Shown piece by piece: positions 12,840 to 24,127 of a stretch of DNA of 64,000 nt (position 1 is its first letter; each line of letters starts with the position of its first letter). Below the pieces are notes generated by a model. That model saw only the letters and a list, made by a program, of their open reading frames with translations. It did no database searches and was not told where the DNA came from. The DNA comes from a virus. The stretch lies in the IMG/VR virus record IMGVR_UViG_3300028833_000004; one strand, given 5' to 3'. Made by a program: the position numbers and the translations under genes.

Positions 12840-12873
12840 GAGACGTCTCGATTGTAATTACAATGCAAAAGTA
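12840..12873 (-). promoter_or_regulatory. two adjacent perfect palindromes plus -7 box upstream of gene 12809
   Basis: GAGACGTCTC at 12840-12849. ATTGTAATTACAAT at 12851-12864. Reverse-complement TACTTTTG (TAnnTTTG) at 12866-12873. Confidence 0.35.
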
Positions 12874-12918
12874 CTATATATTCCATCAATTTAAGAACTG
12901 TTCTAAAGATATTAATAT

Positions 12919-12959
12919 ATAAAAAAATAAGAGAACCACCTTACGATGATTCTCTTATT
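12919..12959 (-). terminator. rho-independent terminator
   Basis: 10-bp stem AATAAGAGAA/TTCTCTTATT at 12926-12935/12950-12959, followed by a T-run on the minus strand. Lies 30 nt after the stop at 12989. Confidence 0.65.
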
Positions 12960-12988
12960 TCGGAAAAATTCAACACGTTATGCTTCTA

Positions 12989-13336
12989 TTATATTGGTCT
13001 AAGATCCTAATAGGTCAGTTCCCAGGCATCTTTACCATTAAGTATCTGCCAATCAAATACTTGCTGCGGTAAATTTACATTGGTATATAAATCAGACTCT
13101 TTATGTTTTTCAACATAGAATTCACAATTATCTAAAATATAATTTTCTGCTAATTGTTTTAATGTTGATAGAGTATCTTCATCTTTCTATAAATACTAGG
13201 CCCAATCAAGCATATCTTTTATAATAGCTAAATATAAAGCCTTTTTAAAGATCGATTTATCACCCTAAGCAAATAAACACATCTGCTGCATATTTGCCTA
13301 TACCGTTTTATATATTGATTTATTAATGTTTATCAT
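12989..13336 (-). CDS. hypothetical protein (115 aa), TAG-recoded
   Basis: ATG at 13336 overlaps the upstream TGA. TAA at 12989. 5 in-frame TAG. Confidence 0.55.
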
Positions 13337-13980
13337 TTGTTACAACCACATAAATTAGGTTTTGGTTTTGGTTCTTCCGGCTATTTACAACCACAATTAT
13401 CGGGCGGAGTTCCTTTGGCGCATGAACATCTAGACGGTTTTTGACAACAATTTGCAAATTGTTTAGCTATATATTTAAAAAAGTATTTAGCAGAATCAAT
13501 ATCACGCTCATACATAGCCGCAGTGTGCCCATATAAAAGCATATAATTTCTTATAGCATCATCAGATATGGGATCACATTTTCCTGGTTTTGTTATTGCA
13601 TCAAATAATAAATCATAAACTCCATTTATATCTGAAACTAATGCAGTATCCTCAATATCTGGAGAATATCCTTCATCTGGACTATCTGAGTGCGCATATA
13701 AGGTTATTGTGTACATAGCTGGAATATGGTTGCCTAAACACTCAACTGGAATCTTTAAAGTCCATTCAGACTATTCCTATCCATCAAATTTAGTAAACTC
13801 ATATCTATCATCTCTATTTTTGAAATTTTTACAATCCTCAAGATATGAGACATTTATTTGAATTGAAGTCATGTGATAGCCGTTAGGAACATCAAAAATC
13901 AATTCGATATATTTACTATCATTAGAAACTCTTAAAAGTTCTATGTCTATATGTTTATTTTTAATACAAGGATCAGTCAT
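13333..13980 (-). CDS. hypothetical protein with Cys-rich C-terminus (215 aa), TAG-recoded
   Basis: Joins track ORFs 13777..13986 and 13381..13716 through 3 TAG. Ends at TGA 13333. Confidence 0.6.
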
Positions 13981-14248
13981 TGTCAAACTCCTCCGGATGT
14001 TTTACAGTTATTTTACTAGCAAGACCCAAACCAAAACAAAATACTATAATATATCCACATACTGTAAATAACGCCGGACTTACAGAATAAGTATTTTGAA
14101 GGTCGAACATTTTATCAGCACCAATTACTGCTACTGCTGAAGTTCCCACCCATACACATAAGTGTAAAAGTTGACTCCAAAACTTAGACAGAGGCTCTTT
14201 CCACCTCTATCTAAGTTCTTTCCAAAATGAATATTTTTTCTTTTTCAT
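13973..14248 (-). CDS. small membrane protein (91 aa), TAG-recoded
   Basis: ATG at 14248, TGA at 13973, 1 in-frame TAG. Two hydrophobic segments. Confidence 0.5.
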
Positions 14249-14249
14249 A

Positions 14250-16469
14250 TTAGTATTTTTTATCGAGAACTTCATCATTCTATTTACCATCATCTAAATA
14301 AACCTAAGCAAGTTCTATTTTATTCCGGTTTTTGATTAGTTCCAACTCCTATTCCTTTAACTCTTTCTTAGCTTTGACCTCGTACCATTTGATATTCTGG
14401 TTCATCTAATTATCTTGCTATTCAATATTCAACTTACGCTCATTTAGCTGTGCAAGTTTCTTTGTAGATTGCTCTAATCTTGATTGCATCTACTACATAT
14501 TTTGTTGTGCCTCCTATAATTGTTGAGCAAGTTGTTGTATCTAATCGTGTTCAAGTTTTTTCTCTTTTATAGATTTTCTAAGAGCATCGTACATTTCCGT
14601 AAGAGATTTAGATTGCATTACTAAAGCTACTATTTCAACATCTACCTAATCACTCTATGCTAATTGAATAGCCAATTGCCTGATTGACTCCTATTCTTTT
14701 ATTAAATCAGCACTACCAGAAACATGAACATCATAATCAGTTTGGGAGTAATGTTCCGGTAAAAGTGTAAAAATCTGTTTTCTATTACCTAGAATAATCT
14801 AACCTGAAAGTCCATTTTTAAAAACTCTTCTGGCAACGTCTAAACTATCTGTTAACATTTCGGATACTAATGTATCCATAGCTTGATAATACTATTTGGT
14901 TATAATAAAAGATTGCTACATACCAACCTCAACATTAGCTACAGCATCTCTAGCTTGAATACCTCCTAATCGCTCTCTAAATACTCCGGTAATAGAACTA
15001 GCAATCTCTTCAGTCATCTATATAGCCAATTGAATGGCCTATAGACTACCTAACTAAACAGTATCATCGTATCCATTAAAATAAGTATTTGCCATCTAGC
15101 CTTCCTAAGAAGAATCGAATATAGATAATCCAGATTTTCTATAGGCCAAATATTTAGCAAGTCTCTCCTCAACATCGTCACCTAAAACTGTCGGTAAAAA
15201 TGATAGATCAACATGAGCTCCACGAGGTCCGGATAGTGCAATAGTGTTATCTTTATAGAAAAGAAGTAAATCGTAAGAATCTTGTAAATAAGCGGTTGCA
15301 AGCATTAAGGAGTATGGGGACCCATGCCCATCAGTATAATATATACCATTTATATTTAATCTAACCTCATTTGGTGCATCCATATCTCTGACGACATGTT
15401 TATCCTCTCCCCGTAATATATACATATCAGAGCCTATTCTTACAACCTCATATCTATTACCTTTAATTTTGCCGGACTTATCTTTAACCCAATCAATCCA
15501 CTCCACTTCATATACTGGAATTAAATCCCACTTCTAATTATAATCACCACCTTCAGGATGCACCCCAACACCATCAACTACACCAGGATTATGATAATCA
15601 CCACATCTAGCACCTAAAGATTTAACCAAAATAAAGTTGCTATGATAGTCTCCTCTATCAATGTATTGATCATCAATTCTATCTATATCGTCCTGGGACA
15701 TTTCCTCACCATATTTAATAAGGATCTCTTCTTTAGTCATCCATTTACGAACAACGGCACGATATCCATTTTTTATATATTTACTTTTTGGATCTTTATC
15801 AACAAAAACATTAATTGGATCCTCAATTTCTATTTTAAAATTGGTTCCTGCAGAAGTTGGAATAACTTTATAATAGGCCTCCCCAGAAATGAACAAATCT
15901 AATAAAATTTGTTGAAGTTTATTTTTAAAATCTATCTTTCTGGACTACATTATGTATTGAACAATATCCTATCCAGCTATTTCATAATTAGATATAAAGT
16001 TTAAATCCACAGATTCCTTTATATCATCTAATTGCTGTTGAATAGTTTGATCAACTATTTTCTGATCCTGCTGTTTGGGTCCAGATAATGCCTAATATAT
16101 AGAATTTTCTAAAAATTTAGAAAGCCAGTCATGAATCTCTTTAGATAACATTAACTATTTCTCTCTAAAAATTTTAGACAAAGTCCCCTAATCTTTACAA
16201 GATATTTTAGGTCTAATTTCTGTTGTCAAGTATTCACCTACAAGTGCATCTATATGTTTTCTAATTAGCGGAGTGAATGACATTGAAGTAGGATTTCCAA
16301 CTCCCTCATTTTTTTCGAGGTTTTCGTATTGGTAATGATCTCGTTTTCCCTAATAATAATTATAAGCTTTATATAGATGTTCTTTCTCCTTAACAAGATC
16401 CCCAATACAATAATCGGCCCACTCTATTAAATAATCATCAGATCCTTTCTTAAACTAAGACTTCCACAT
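14250..16469 (-). CDS. portal protein (putative, 739 aa), TAG-recoded
   Basis: ATG at 16469, TAA at 14250, 2220 nt, more than 20 in-frame TAG and no other stops. Joins track ORFs 15534..15896 and 15105..15506. Sits next to TerL. The size and the coiled C-terminus are portal-like. Confidence 0.6.
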
Positions 16470-16471
16470 AA

Positions 16472-16801
16472 TTATAAATTACTATCATTTGCATGTAGAA
16501 TAATCTACATATGTTGAGTTAAGTCTAATCGACTTTTTTTTAGTTGTTTTCTTATAAACTGCAAAAACTCTTCTTCGGTTTTACATTGTGTTGCATATAT
16601 AATCCCACCATATTGTGGTCCATGAACATACAAAGTAGCCTGATACCAATCACCATCATGAGTTGCTTTTATCGGAACTTCACTTATACAATTATAAACC
16701 TCTTCAATTATGTCAGTTATTTTTTTCTCAAGTCCATCCATTTTTTCTAACATTTTGCTCTTGTGTTGAAATAACTCCAAACACCTTCTAACCATATTCA
16801 T
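16472..16801 (-). CDS. hypothetical protein (109 aa)
   Basis: Track ORF 16505..16816 trimmed to the first ATG. It ends at TAG and continues to TAA at 16472. Overlaps the TerL 3' end; start uncertain. Confidence 0.5.
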
Positions 16802-18983
16802 TCTTATAATACCCAATAGTTCTGAGAATTTTTTGAGTAACTTCCTATTTAGGCCTCTTACCTAACATATCTTCATCGGCTAATAAAGCCATAGCAAATG
16901 CAGCGGTAAGGTCAAATTTACCTTTATTTTCTGGGGTATATCTAATTAATTCATCTATAACTTCTAGAAAATCTATCTAGTCACAATAATCATAAACATA
17001 TTGTTGGATTAACTCTATTTGGTGTTCAATAATTCCAGCTGTAGCTGGACATCCATATTGATTTGCATTCTATGTTTTAGAAGTAAGGGTTGCTCTAGGT
17101 CTTTTTAAGAAATATCCAGTCTATCCATACCTTCTAAAGTGTGTGAATATACTCATACGGGTTGCCTCAAATAATACTTTAGCATTATAAAACTCAGCTA
17201 ATTTTAAAGCTGTATCATGGGCCATACTTGGATCATCAGGTCGTTCTTTATATATAGCAACAATTTTTGGTGGTTTAAGTCCATACTATCGCCTGAAAAC
17301 AATTAAGCCATATTTTGATAAGTCAGTTTGACCTGTACTAGTTTCTTTACCACTATCAAAGCAGTCTGCCCCTATTACATATAAATTAATAGGAACTGAA
17401 CCGTCTTCTAATTTTATTGGTGGCTCAATCATATATATTGGCCCGTTATTAGACAATTCCATTTTAGGAACTGCACTTCTATCAACTCCGCCCAACTCTT
17501 TACTATATGGCCAAATAAGTTTAATGCCTTTTGGTTTTTCAACCATACCCTATTCAATATAGGTTTTCTATTCTGCCAGCTTTTCAGTATTGAAAATATT
17601 AGAACCCTCTAATATAAAGGCATCTTCTGGAGTAAAACAATACTCTGCCTTATCTTTTAATAAAGCCTCAGGATCTTCGATAGTACTCCACTGCTATTCA
17701 TAATATCTTTTAGCCGCCTCCTCGTCAACAACTCCTCGGTCATCAAATTTACCAAACCATAAAGTATAAGCAGGGATAAAAAATCCTGTGAATGCTTCCT
17801 AACCGTCTCTTGAATAGAAATGTCTGTAAGGCAATACTTGGTAAGCTTCTGGATTATAAAAAATACTTTTTAATCCTGAAAGGGCAGGGCCCGAATCACC
17901 ACCAGTTCCACCGGTACTTCTCTAACCAACTCTGTATCCTAAAATATCGACAAGAGGCCTTGATTGAATATAAGTATCTAAAAGCATGGGATCGGATCCA
18001 CACTCCTCAAAAATTAAATTATATACACGAGCTCCACGAAGTTTTCTTGGCTTATCGTGTACACGTCCCTCAATTACGGACATCCAACCAGTCTCATTCT
18101 TATCTTTATCTACTTTAGATGCTCGTTTATAAAACTAAGTATCAGCCTTCATTCTAACCCTTTTAAAAGCACCTTCTGTGCAGGTGTTTAAAAAGTCTAA
18201 TTCCTGCCAAACCTTATCTAAGGTATTTGTTACATAATCGACATTAAAAGCAGTAACCATATTATGGGAAGCCCTATGAAAGGAATAACCACAACATACA
18301 TCTGATGCAGACATCTAAGAAAATCCAACACCACGAGATTTAAAGACATTTACATCCTTTCCCAATTTTCTGGCCAATGCTTTATAGTGAAAATACTCAT
18401 ACTATTTAGCAAAGAATCTTGGAAAATCCTCTTCCTGAGATTCTTGTTTATTTTCGGCCAATACTGACGGCAGTCTGAAATAATTTATAAAGAAATAATT
18501 TTCACCTGTTAAAGTATATCTACCTATAGTAATCCCATCTTTACATCTATTAAATTCTTCTATCCAATGTTCTCTGTGGGCAAAAGTTCCGGGGATTAAT
18601 TGTGTATATCTACCAGTTCTCCTATAAGTATCGGCAGCAACTGTAAATAGTTTTGGATCAAAATCTAAACCTCTATTTGCAGTAATTGGTCTATATCCAG
18701 TTAATTCGTATGATAATTCAGGATCGAAATATTCAATCGGATCTCCAATTTTAACATCCCACCCATCCTCATCATAAGATTTCTCTTCAACAACTGGTTT
18801 TGGTTCAGGTTCCTTATAATTAAGCATAGCTTGATACTCCTAATCATTTTTCTCTTTTTTAGTTGGAGTTTTTCTTTTCTTACTATACTTTTCATCAAGT
18901 TCCTATGCTTTAGCTATTAATTCCTCTCGTTTTTTCTCTCTCCAATATTTTTTTGATAGTTTTTCTAATTCCTTTTCATCCAT
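16728..18983 (-). CDS. terL: terminase large subunit, TAG-recoded
   Basis: Single frame from 18983 (alternative ATG at 18827) to TGA at 16728, with more than 10 in-frame TAG. Motifs KSRGVGFS, RGARVYNLIFEECG (Walker-B-like) and ENYFFINYF. Confidence 0.7.
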
Positions 18984-18985
18984 AA

Positions 18986-19564
18986 TCAATCAAATAATCC
19001 TGGAGTTGTATCACCACGCAAACCAGTAGCTTCGTCAAGTTCTTCTTTATATTGGACCTCTAAATCTTTTAAGGCAGCTAATGCTTTAGAAAGATTTTGC
19101 ATTTCTGTGAGAGTATCTTTAATTTTATATAAAGGCCTACCTTCACTATCAGTTAAAGAATAATCAATATTATCTATGAAGACCTTCATCTTATGAATAT
19201 TATTATTATAAGATTCAATCATTTGTCCTATAATAGATGAACTATTTTGAAGTTCTTGATACTTTCTACAAGCGGCTCTAAATACTTCATCATTATATTC
19301 GTCTTCAGTTAATCCAGAAGCTTCCATAGCATATTTATGGCGGTTTGCCGGGGTGTCCTTACTTCCAGGAGCACCCCAGTCTATTGCCATATAAATATAT
19401 ACTAATTCTCTAAAACCTCTCAGTTTCTTTTCGCCTGTAGGGTCTTCCTCACAGATATTTCTTTCATTAGTCCATAAATCAGCAAATTCCTTAACAAGGA
19501 ATATTTCTGGTTCGTTTACGATGATTTTATTTTTAGTATTATCGTAAGCAAAAAATTTTATCAT
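18986..19564 (-). CDS. hypothetical protein in the small-terminase position (192 aa)
   Basis: Intact track ORF with no TAG. Its TGA is coupled to the next ATG (TGATTATG). Confidence 0.6.
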   Translation of the reverse strand: MIKFFAYDNTKNKIIVNEPEIFLVKEFADLWTNERNICEEDPTGEKKLRGFRELVYIYMAIDWGAPGSKDTPANRHKYAMEASGLTEDEYNDEVFRAACRKYQELQNSSSIIGQMIESYNNNIHKMKVFIDNIDYSLTDSEGRPLYKIKDTLTEMQNLSKALAALKDLEVQYKEELDEATGLRGDTTPGLFD

Positions 19565-19688
19565 GACAAATTTTATCCAAGTCTAATATTATATTTACGT
19601 TTAACCTAAACGTCAGGACATAGATTATTCACCTACTACCCATGGGGTCAGTCGTAAATTAATGTCTTTATAGTCGTGGATGACTTTT

Positions 19689-20096
19689 TTACCGTTCTGG
19701 AGAGATTACATTACTCCCCCCGTTTCTATACACAGGTTTACCAGTACAATCAACTTCAATCAATTTTCCACCGATCTTATGTAGTGTACAACTACAAGGT
19801 TTTTCGCCTTTAGATTTTTTTTCTACTTTATCTCCCAACCAATTACGTTTTACTTTAGTTCCACATTTGGCCATTTGGGTCTGGCCCCGCATTTGTTCAA
19901 GCAACTTTCCTATCTAGGGATCAGCCTAAGCTAACTCTTCAACAGCCTAACCTAGGCCCTGTTGAATTGCGGAAGCTAATACTTGGGCAGCCTACTATGG
20001 ATTTTTCTAAATAACCTATAAAATCTCCTACGCTTCAGGAGATAAAGTCACACCTCCCTATTGGAATTTTCTGTAATACTTTTGTGTGTTAATCAT
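19689..20096 (-). CDS. hypothetical protein with TAG-dense N-terminus (135 aa)
   Basis: ATG at 20096, TAA at 19689. 9 TAG in the first 62 codons. The motif KFQ-TAG-GG parallels FKQGG in gene 30165..30929. Confidence 0.6.
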
Positions 20097-20107
20097 AATT
20101 ATAATAT

Positions 20108-20329
20108 TTAAATTTTTTCAAGATCTTTAGTAGAGAATGTTTCTTCTCTAAATATACCCTATTTGTCCAAATATCTACAAACTATTCCCTATAAGGTTTT
20201 GACAGAATCATTTCCATCTTTTATTGTAAGCTCCTTCTTTCTAACAACATACATAATCGGAGGATTTTCCAATTTATTACAAACAACTCTATCTCCAGGA
20301 ATGTAAAACTTCTTTAATGTATCTTCCAT
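20108..20329 (-). CDS. small hypothetical protein (73 aa), TAG-recoded
   Basis: ATG at 20329, TAA at 20108, 2 in-frame TAG. Confidence 0.5.
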
Positions 20330-20330
20330 A

Positions 20331-20675
20331 TTAATCTTTTTTAAATCTTTCTGATAGGCCTTCTGCAATTATCGCTTTAACAGAAACCTCATTTAATACC
20401 CATAGGTCATGCCCAAAGAACGGTGCTGGGAATACAGCTCGATGATCAAATAAAACATCATCTCCAGCTTTTACAAACTCACATTCAGGACCTGCCTCAA
20501 TAACTTTACCAAAAAATGCAGTATTTTCTAATTTTTCAACTAAACCTGAATCGGGATTAACAAAATCCTCTGTCATTTCTACCTCATTTTCTTTTACAAT
20601 CTTTTTATAAGGATTGTCAAAATAAATCTCAATCAAGAGATTATTCATAATTGGATAAATTTCTTTCTCTTCCAT
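20331..20675 (-). CDS. groES: GroES-like co-chaperonin
   Basis: Track ORF. FGKVIEAGPECEFVKAGDDVLF resembles the GroES core. The start overlaps the GroEL stop. No TAG. Confidence 0.6.
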   Translation of the reverse strand: MEEKEIYPIMNNLLIEIYFDNPYKKIVKENEVEMTEDFVNPDSGLVEKLENTAFFGKVIEAGPECEFVKAGDDVLFDHRAVFPAPFFGHDLWVLNEVSVKAIIAEGLSERFKKD

Positions 20676-22135
20676 TATTCATTAACAATTAAACAATTTG
20701 CACTAATTATATTAGTTGCAGCACTAACTGCATTTTCTAAAGTTTCTTTTACTACTAAGTATGGCTCAATAATCCCATTCTCAAAAGCATCTCCAGAAAC
20801 TCCAGTCCTAATATTTAAAACATCCCAATAATCTTCTACACTTCCACTTGAACTCGTTGCCTGATCCAATAGGATTTGTGTTGGGGCATATAAAGCCTTC
20901 TTTAAAAGTGGAACATTTAAATTCTTAGCAGCTTCTCTTAAAGCTTTACCACATCCAGGAAGTACCCCTCCTTTTAAAGCACAAGCTGTAGCTGAAATTG
21001 CATCTTCATATAAGTCACATCTAGTCTTAGCTTCTGTCTCACTATATCCACCTACGAATATTTTAGCAAGCCCACCAGAAAACATTGCAAGACGTCTTCT
21101 ATGAAATTCATACTCAATCTCAGGGAGTGGATTCTCAAGGATCTGTTTTACCATATACTTACGTTCCTCAACGGCCTCTGTATTAGAATTATAGCCTATA
21201 AAGGTTGTATCATCTTTTGTAATGATAACTTTATCACAACACATTGAATCACCTAAAACTGCTTTAATATCTTCTAAAATAGTTTCTCTCATGACTCCAA
21301 ATTCAGGACTTTGGATTAATCCTGCCTGCATTCGCCCACCTTTGTTTGGATCAAACATATTGTGATATATCAACATTGTAATAGAAGAATCGAAATCTGG
21401 GGCAATTAATAAAAGTGATTTTCCTTGATCAATCGCCTTTTGCCAGATCTCTTTAACTTTTCTAGTTTCTTCCATTTTAGTTTGGGAGATATATACCTGA
21501 ACATTATTCAATTCTATATTTCCTTCACTAGTATTGATAAGATATGGGGAAAAGAATCCTGAATTAATTCGAAAGCCTCTGCTGTACTCTATCCTATCAG
21601 TCACGCTCTCACCCTTCTCATATAATACAAGTCCATCTTTTCCAACCTTATCATAAGCTTCGGCAATTGTTTCACCAATCAACTCATCCCCATTGGCTGA
21701 CAATGTTGCAACTTTTTTAATATCTTCTTTATTAGAGATCTGCTTTGTATGTGATTTCAAATCTTCTAAAACCAAATCCCTCTCTTTAAATAATTTTCTA
21801 GAAATTTCTATTGGATTGCCAAAGTTTATATAATCATTTACAATAGCCCTTGTAAGTATTGCGACGGTACTAGAACCATCTCCGACTTCTTTTGCAGTTT
21901 TTACTGAAACTTCTTTAATAAGATCTACACCAGCTTGTATATATGGATCTAGTACTCTAACTGCTTCAGAGACGGTCTTTCCATCTTTTGTTATTTTTAT
22001 CCCAGCAGGATTTTTAATAGCTACTGTTGCTGCATTTGGACCATAAGTACACTGAATTGCATCTGTAATTAAATTAACACCCTCTAATAGTTTTTCTCTG
22101 GCAATCTCACCAATTAATACACAATCATTATTCAT
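20675..22135 (-). CDS. groEL: GroEL-like chaperonin (Cpn60 family, 486 aa)
   Basis: Track ORF. Contains GPNAATVAI..KITKDGKTVSEAV and VGDGSSTVAILTRAIV, compared with GroEL GPKGRNV..TKDGVSVA and AGDGTTTATVLA. No TAG. Confidence 0.8.
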   Translation of the reverse strand: MNNDCVLIGEIAREKLLEGVNLITDAIQCTYGPNAATVAIKNPAGIKITKDGKTVSEAVRVLDPYIQAGVDLIKEVSVKTAKEVGDGSSTVAILTRAIVNDYINFGNPIEISRKLFKERDLVLEDLKSHTKQISNKEDIKKVATLSANGDELIGETIAEAYDKVGKDGLVLYEKGESVTDRIEYSRGFRINSGFFSPYLINTSEGNIELNNVQVYISQTKMEETRKVKEIWQKAIDQGKSLLLIAPDFDSSITMLIYHNMFDPNKGGRMQAGLIQSPEFGVMRETILEDIKAVLGDSMCCDKVIITKDDTTFIGYNSNTEAVEERKYMVKQILENPLPEIEYEFHRRRLAMFSGGLAKIFVGGYSETEAKTRCDLYEDAISATACALKGGVLPGCGKALREAAKNLNVPLLKKALYAPTQILLDQATSSSGSVEDYWDVLNIRTGVSGDAFENGIIEPYLVVKETLENAVSAATNIISANCLIVNE

Positions 22136-22159
22136 AATACATATTTTTCATTAAACATA

Positions 22160-22167
22160 CAAAAATA
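22160..22167 (-). promoter_or_regulatory. Bacteroidota-type -7 box (TAttTTTG) upstream of groEL
   Basis: Reverse complement reads TATTTTTG, about 25 nt upstream of ATG 22135. Confidence 0.35.
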
Positions 22168-22182
22168 ATATTTTTTATATAT

Positions 22183-22228
22183 AAAAAAAATAATCATCTA
22201 TTGATTATCGGTAAAATGAATCAATAGA
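22183..22228 (-). terminator. rho-independent terminator
   Basis: Inverted repeat CTATTGATT...AATCAATAG at 22198-22227, followed by T8 on the minus strand. Confidence 0.6.
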
Positions 22229-22249
22229 AGATTATTTTATTCTTTAATA

Positions 22250-22540
22250 TTAAACTGGCCATTTATTTAAAACACATCTAGCAGATGGGACTCGACTCTT
22301 TTTCTCCATAAAACAATTACATCCGCATATAAATCCTTTTCCTGGGACCTGGCTGATTTCCTCAGTTTCTGGATTATAACATTTCTTTGCATCACATCGT
22401 TTAGAATTTGGATCATAAAGAACACACTCTTTACAAACCGCCATCCTAAGATCATGAAGTTCTTGTTCACGGCCTAATAAATCATTAGTCCAACCTTTAG
22501 CTATATCACCAACTTGTTTAAATGAGTTTATTCCAAACAT
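22250..22540 (-). CDS. Cys-rich small protein (96 aa)
   Basis: Track ORF 22250..22546 trimmed to the ATG. Multiple CxxC-like pairs. Last gene of the lysis cluster. Confidence 0.6.
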   Translation of the reverse strand: MFGINSFKQVGDIAKGWTNDLLGREQELHDLRMAVCKECVLYDPNSKRCDAKKCYNPETEEISQVPGKGFICGCNCFMEKKSRVPSARCVLNKWPV

Positions 22541-22542
22541 AA

Positions 22543-22944
22543 TCAATCTTCTTTAGATTTTAAATAAGCATATGCGCCACCAAAAAGAATCAAACAAGTT
22601 CCAGCTCCTATAGGTACAGCTTGATATGGAACAGCATCTTTACTATTTGGGCCACCATTAAACCAATCAACTCTATTGTTATACCAACCATCGCTGGGAG
22701 GAATAAATGGAAATATATCTCCCTTATAATGCCATTGATACCAAATCCCATTCTTCTAGTACCACCAAGTCTATGTTTTTTCATTATATCTATATTCAAC
22801 ATTAGGATCATCATTATCTCCTCCCGGAGTTTCTCTAGATTCCCCATATTCATTATATACAGTAATTCTTCTAGGTTCCTAAGTAACTCCTCTGTATACT
22901 GGTGGTTGATATAATAATATAAATAGTATTAGTAATGTTATCAT
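22543..22944 (-). CDS. membrane protein with N- and C-terminal hydrophobic segments (133 aa), TAG-recoded
   Basis: ATG at 22944 overlaps the lysozyme TGA. TGA at 22543. 3 in-frame TAG. Confidence 0.55.
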
Positions 22945-23744
22945 TTATTAAATTTTAATTCTACAATTTGTTCTCTATTACGAGCTAACATTCCACCTCC
23001 CCTAAACTAATAGGGATTTTTATCTCTAACTCTTTTATCCATATCAGACTAAGGCTAATGTAAATGCTAAACATCAACCAAGCGATTATTCCATGTAGAG
23101 CCTTTTGTGAACACACTATCAGAAAAATTCATATAAGGTGATTCATGTGTTGTAGCATAATTAATTGAGTTATTATGATTCCAATTATATAATTCACCAA
23201 TCATCGCCGCAACTCTAGACCGTCTATCGTATAAATTATTTCTATGATTTTCAGAAGGTTTAAATTCCATTTCATTTATAATCTATTGATATTCATCGGT
23301 ATCCATCTACCCATCTTCCATAGCTTTATTTATAGCAGCTGTAAATTTTGGACTTTTCAATTTAAAATTATCTGGCCCACCTCTATAGGCATTATTTAAG
23401 ATAGCATACTTCAATTGTGGATAAAAATTATCCCAATTTGGAAAATAAGATTTAATAGTTTCTTCATGCTAATCCAGATATGCACCAATAGCTTTTTCAG
23501 CATCCTCTTTTGAAATCTTATCCCCCTCTTTGACAGGAGTTCCATCTGCATATACAGTAGTTCCATAACCAATTGTCCATTTCTTACCAACCGAATCCCA
23601 ATATGCCTCTGGCCTGAAGGTTTCGTATCTCTTTAAAAAATCTATAAATCTGCTATCGTATTTTTGTCTTTTAACTTGAAAATTTTCCCAAAATTTCTAG
23701 AAGGGATTCTGAGTTGTGAGTAAATACTATTATATTTCTCCCAT
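22941..23744 (-). CDS. GH24 (T4/P22-type) lysozyme, endolysin; 5' end unresolved
   Basis: Contains FLKRYETFRPEAYWDSVGKKWTIGYGTT (the E..D..T triad), KISKEDAEKAIGAYLD and DRRSRVAAMI. 9 in-frame TAG. The only in-frame ATG (23744) is followed 4 codons later by TAA-TAG. Confidence 0.75.
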
Positions 23745-23747
23745 AAT

Positions 23748-23945
23748 TTAAAAATTCTATTTATTTTGGCTATAATTATAAAATCCATTTATATAAGGGT
23801 GGTCGCCAATCCCATAAACACCAATAGACATATTCTAACTCTATCCCAAGGTATTCTTATTAAGATTAATATCAAAACCCCCAATAGGTTTATGTCTGCG
23901 TAGTTCAATATTTAACCTCGGATTTATATTTATAAATCCATCCAT
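23748..23945 (-). CDS. small hypothetical protein (65 aa), same frame as the lysozyme
   Basis: ATG at 23945, TAA at 23748, 3 in-frame TAG. Confidence 0.35.
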
Positions 23946-24099
23946 TCAACCGAGCTAAGTTTTCAAGGTTTCTTGGTGTTATACCAGAGCTTCCCCAACC
24001 ATAATTGGGTATAGTATCTCCATCGGCCTTATAAATACCATTATTCAGTTCATACACCATTATATGCCTTGTATCTTTGGGGCTTGCATAAAACTCCAC
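23905..24099 (-). CDS. small hypothetical protein (64 aa)
   Basis: Track ORF with GTG start and TGA stop. Confidence 0.4.
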   Translation of the reverse strand: MEFYASPKDTRHIMVYELNNGIYKADGDTIPNYGWGSSGITPRNLENLARLNGWIYKYKSEVKY

Positions 24100-24127
24100 T
24101 CTATTTCCTAAATTTTGTGTTGGTATA

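Noticed and set aside
20640-20680. My manual base count puts the GroES ATG / GroEL stop overlap one base away from the ORF-track coordinate (20675).
   Set aside because: This is most likely my own counting slip in a long AT-rich line. Track coordinates are used for both genes, and hand-derived coordinates elsewhere should be taken as accurate to within a few nt.
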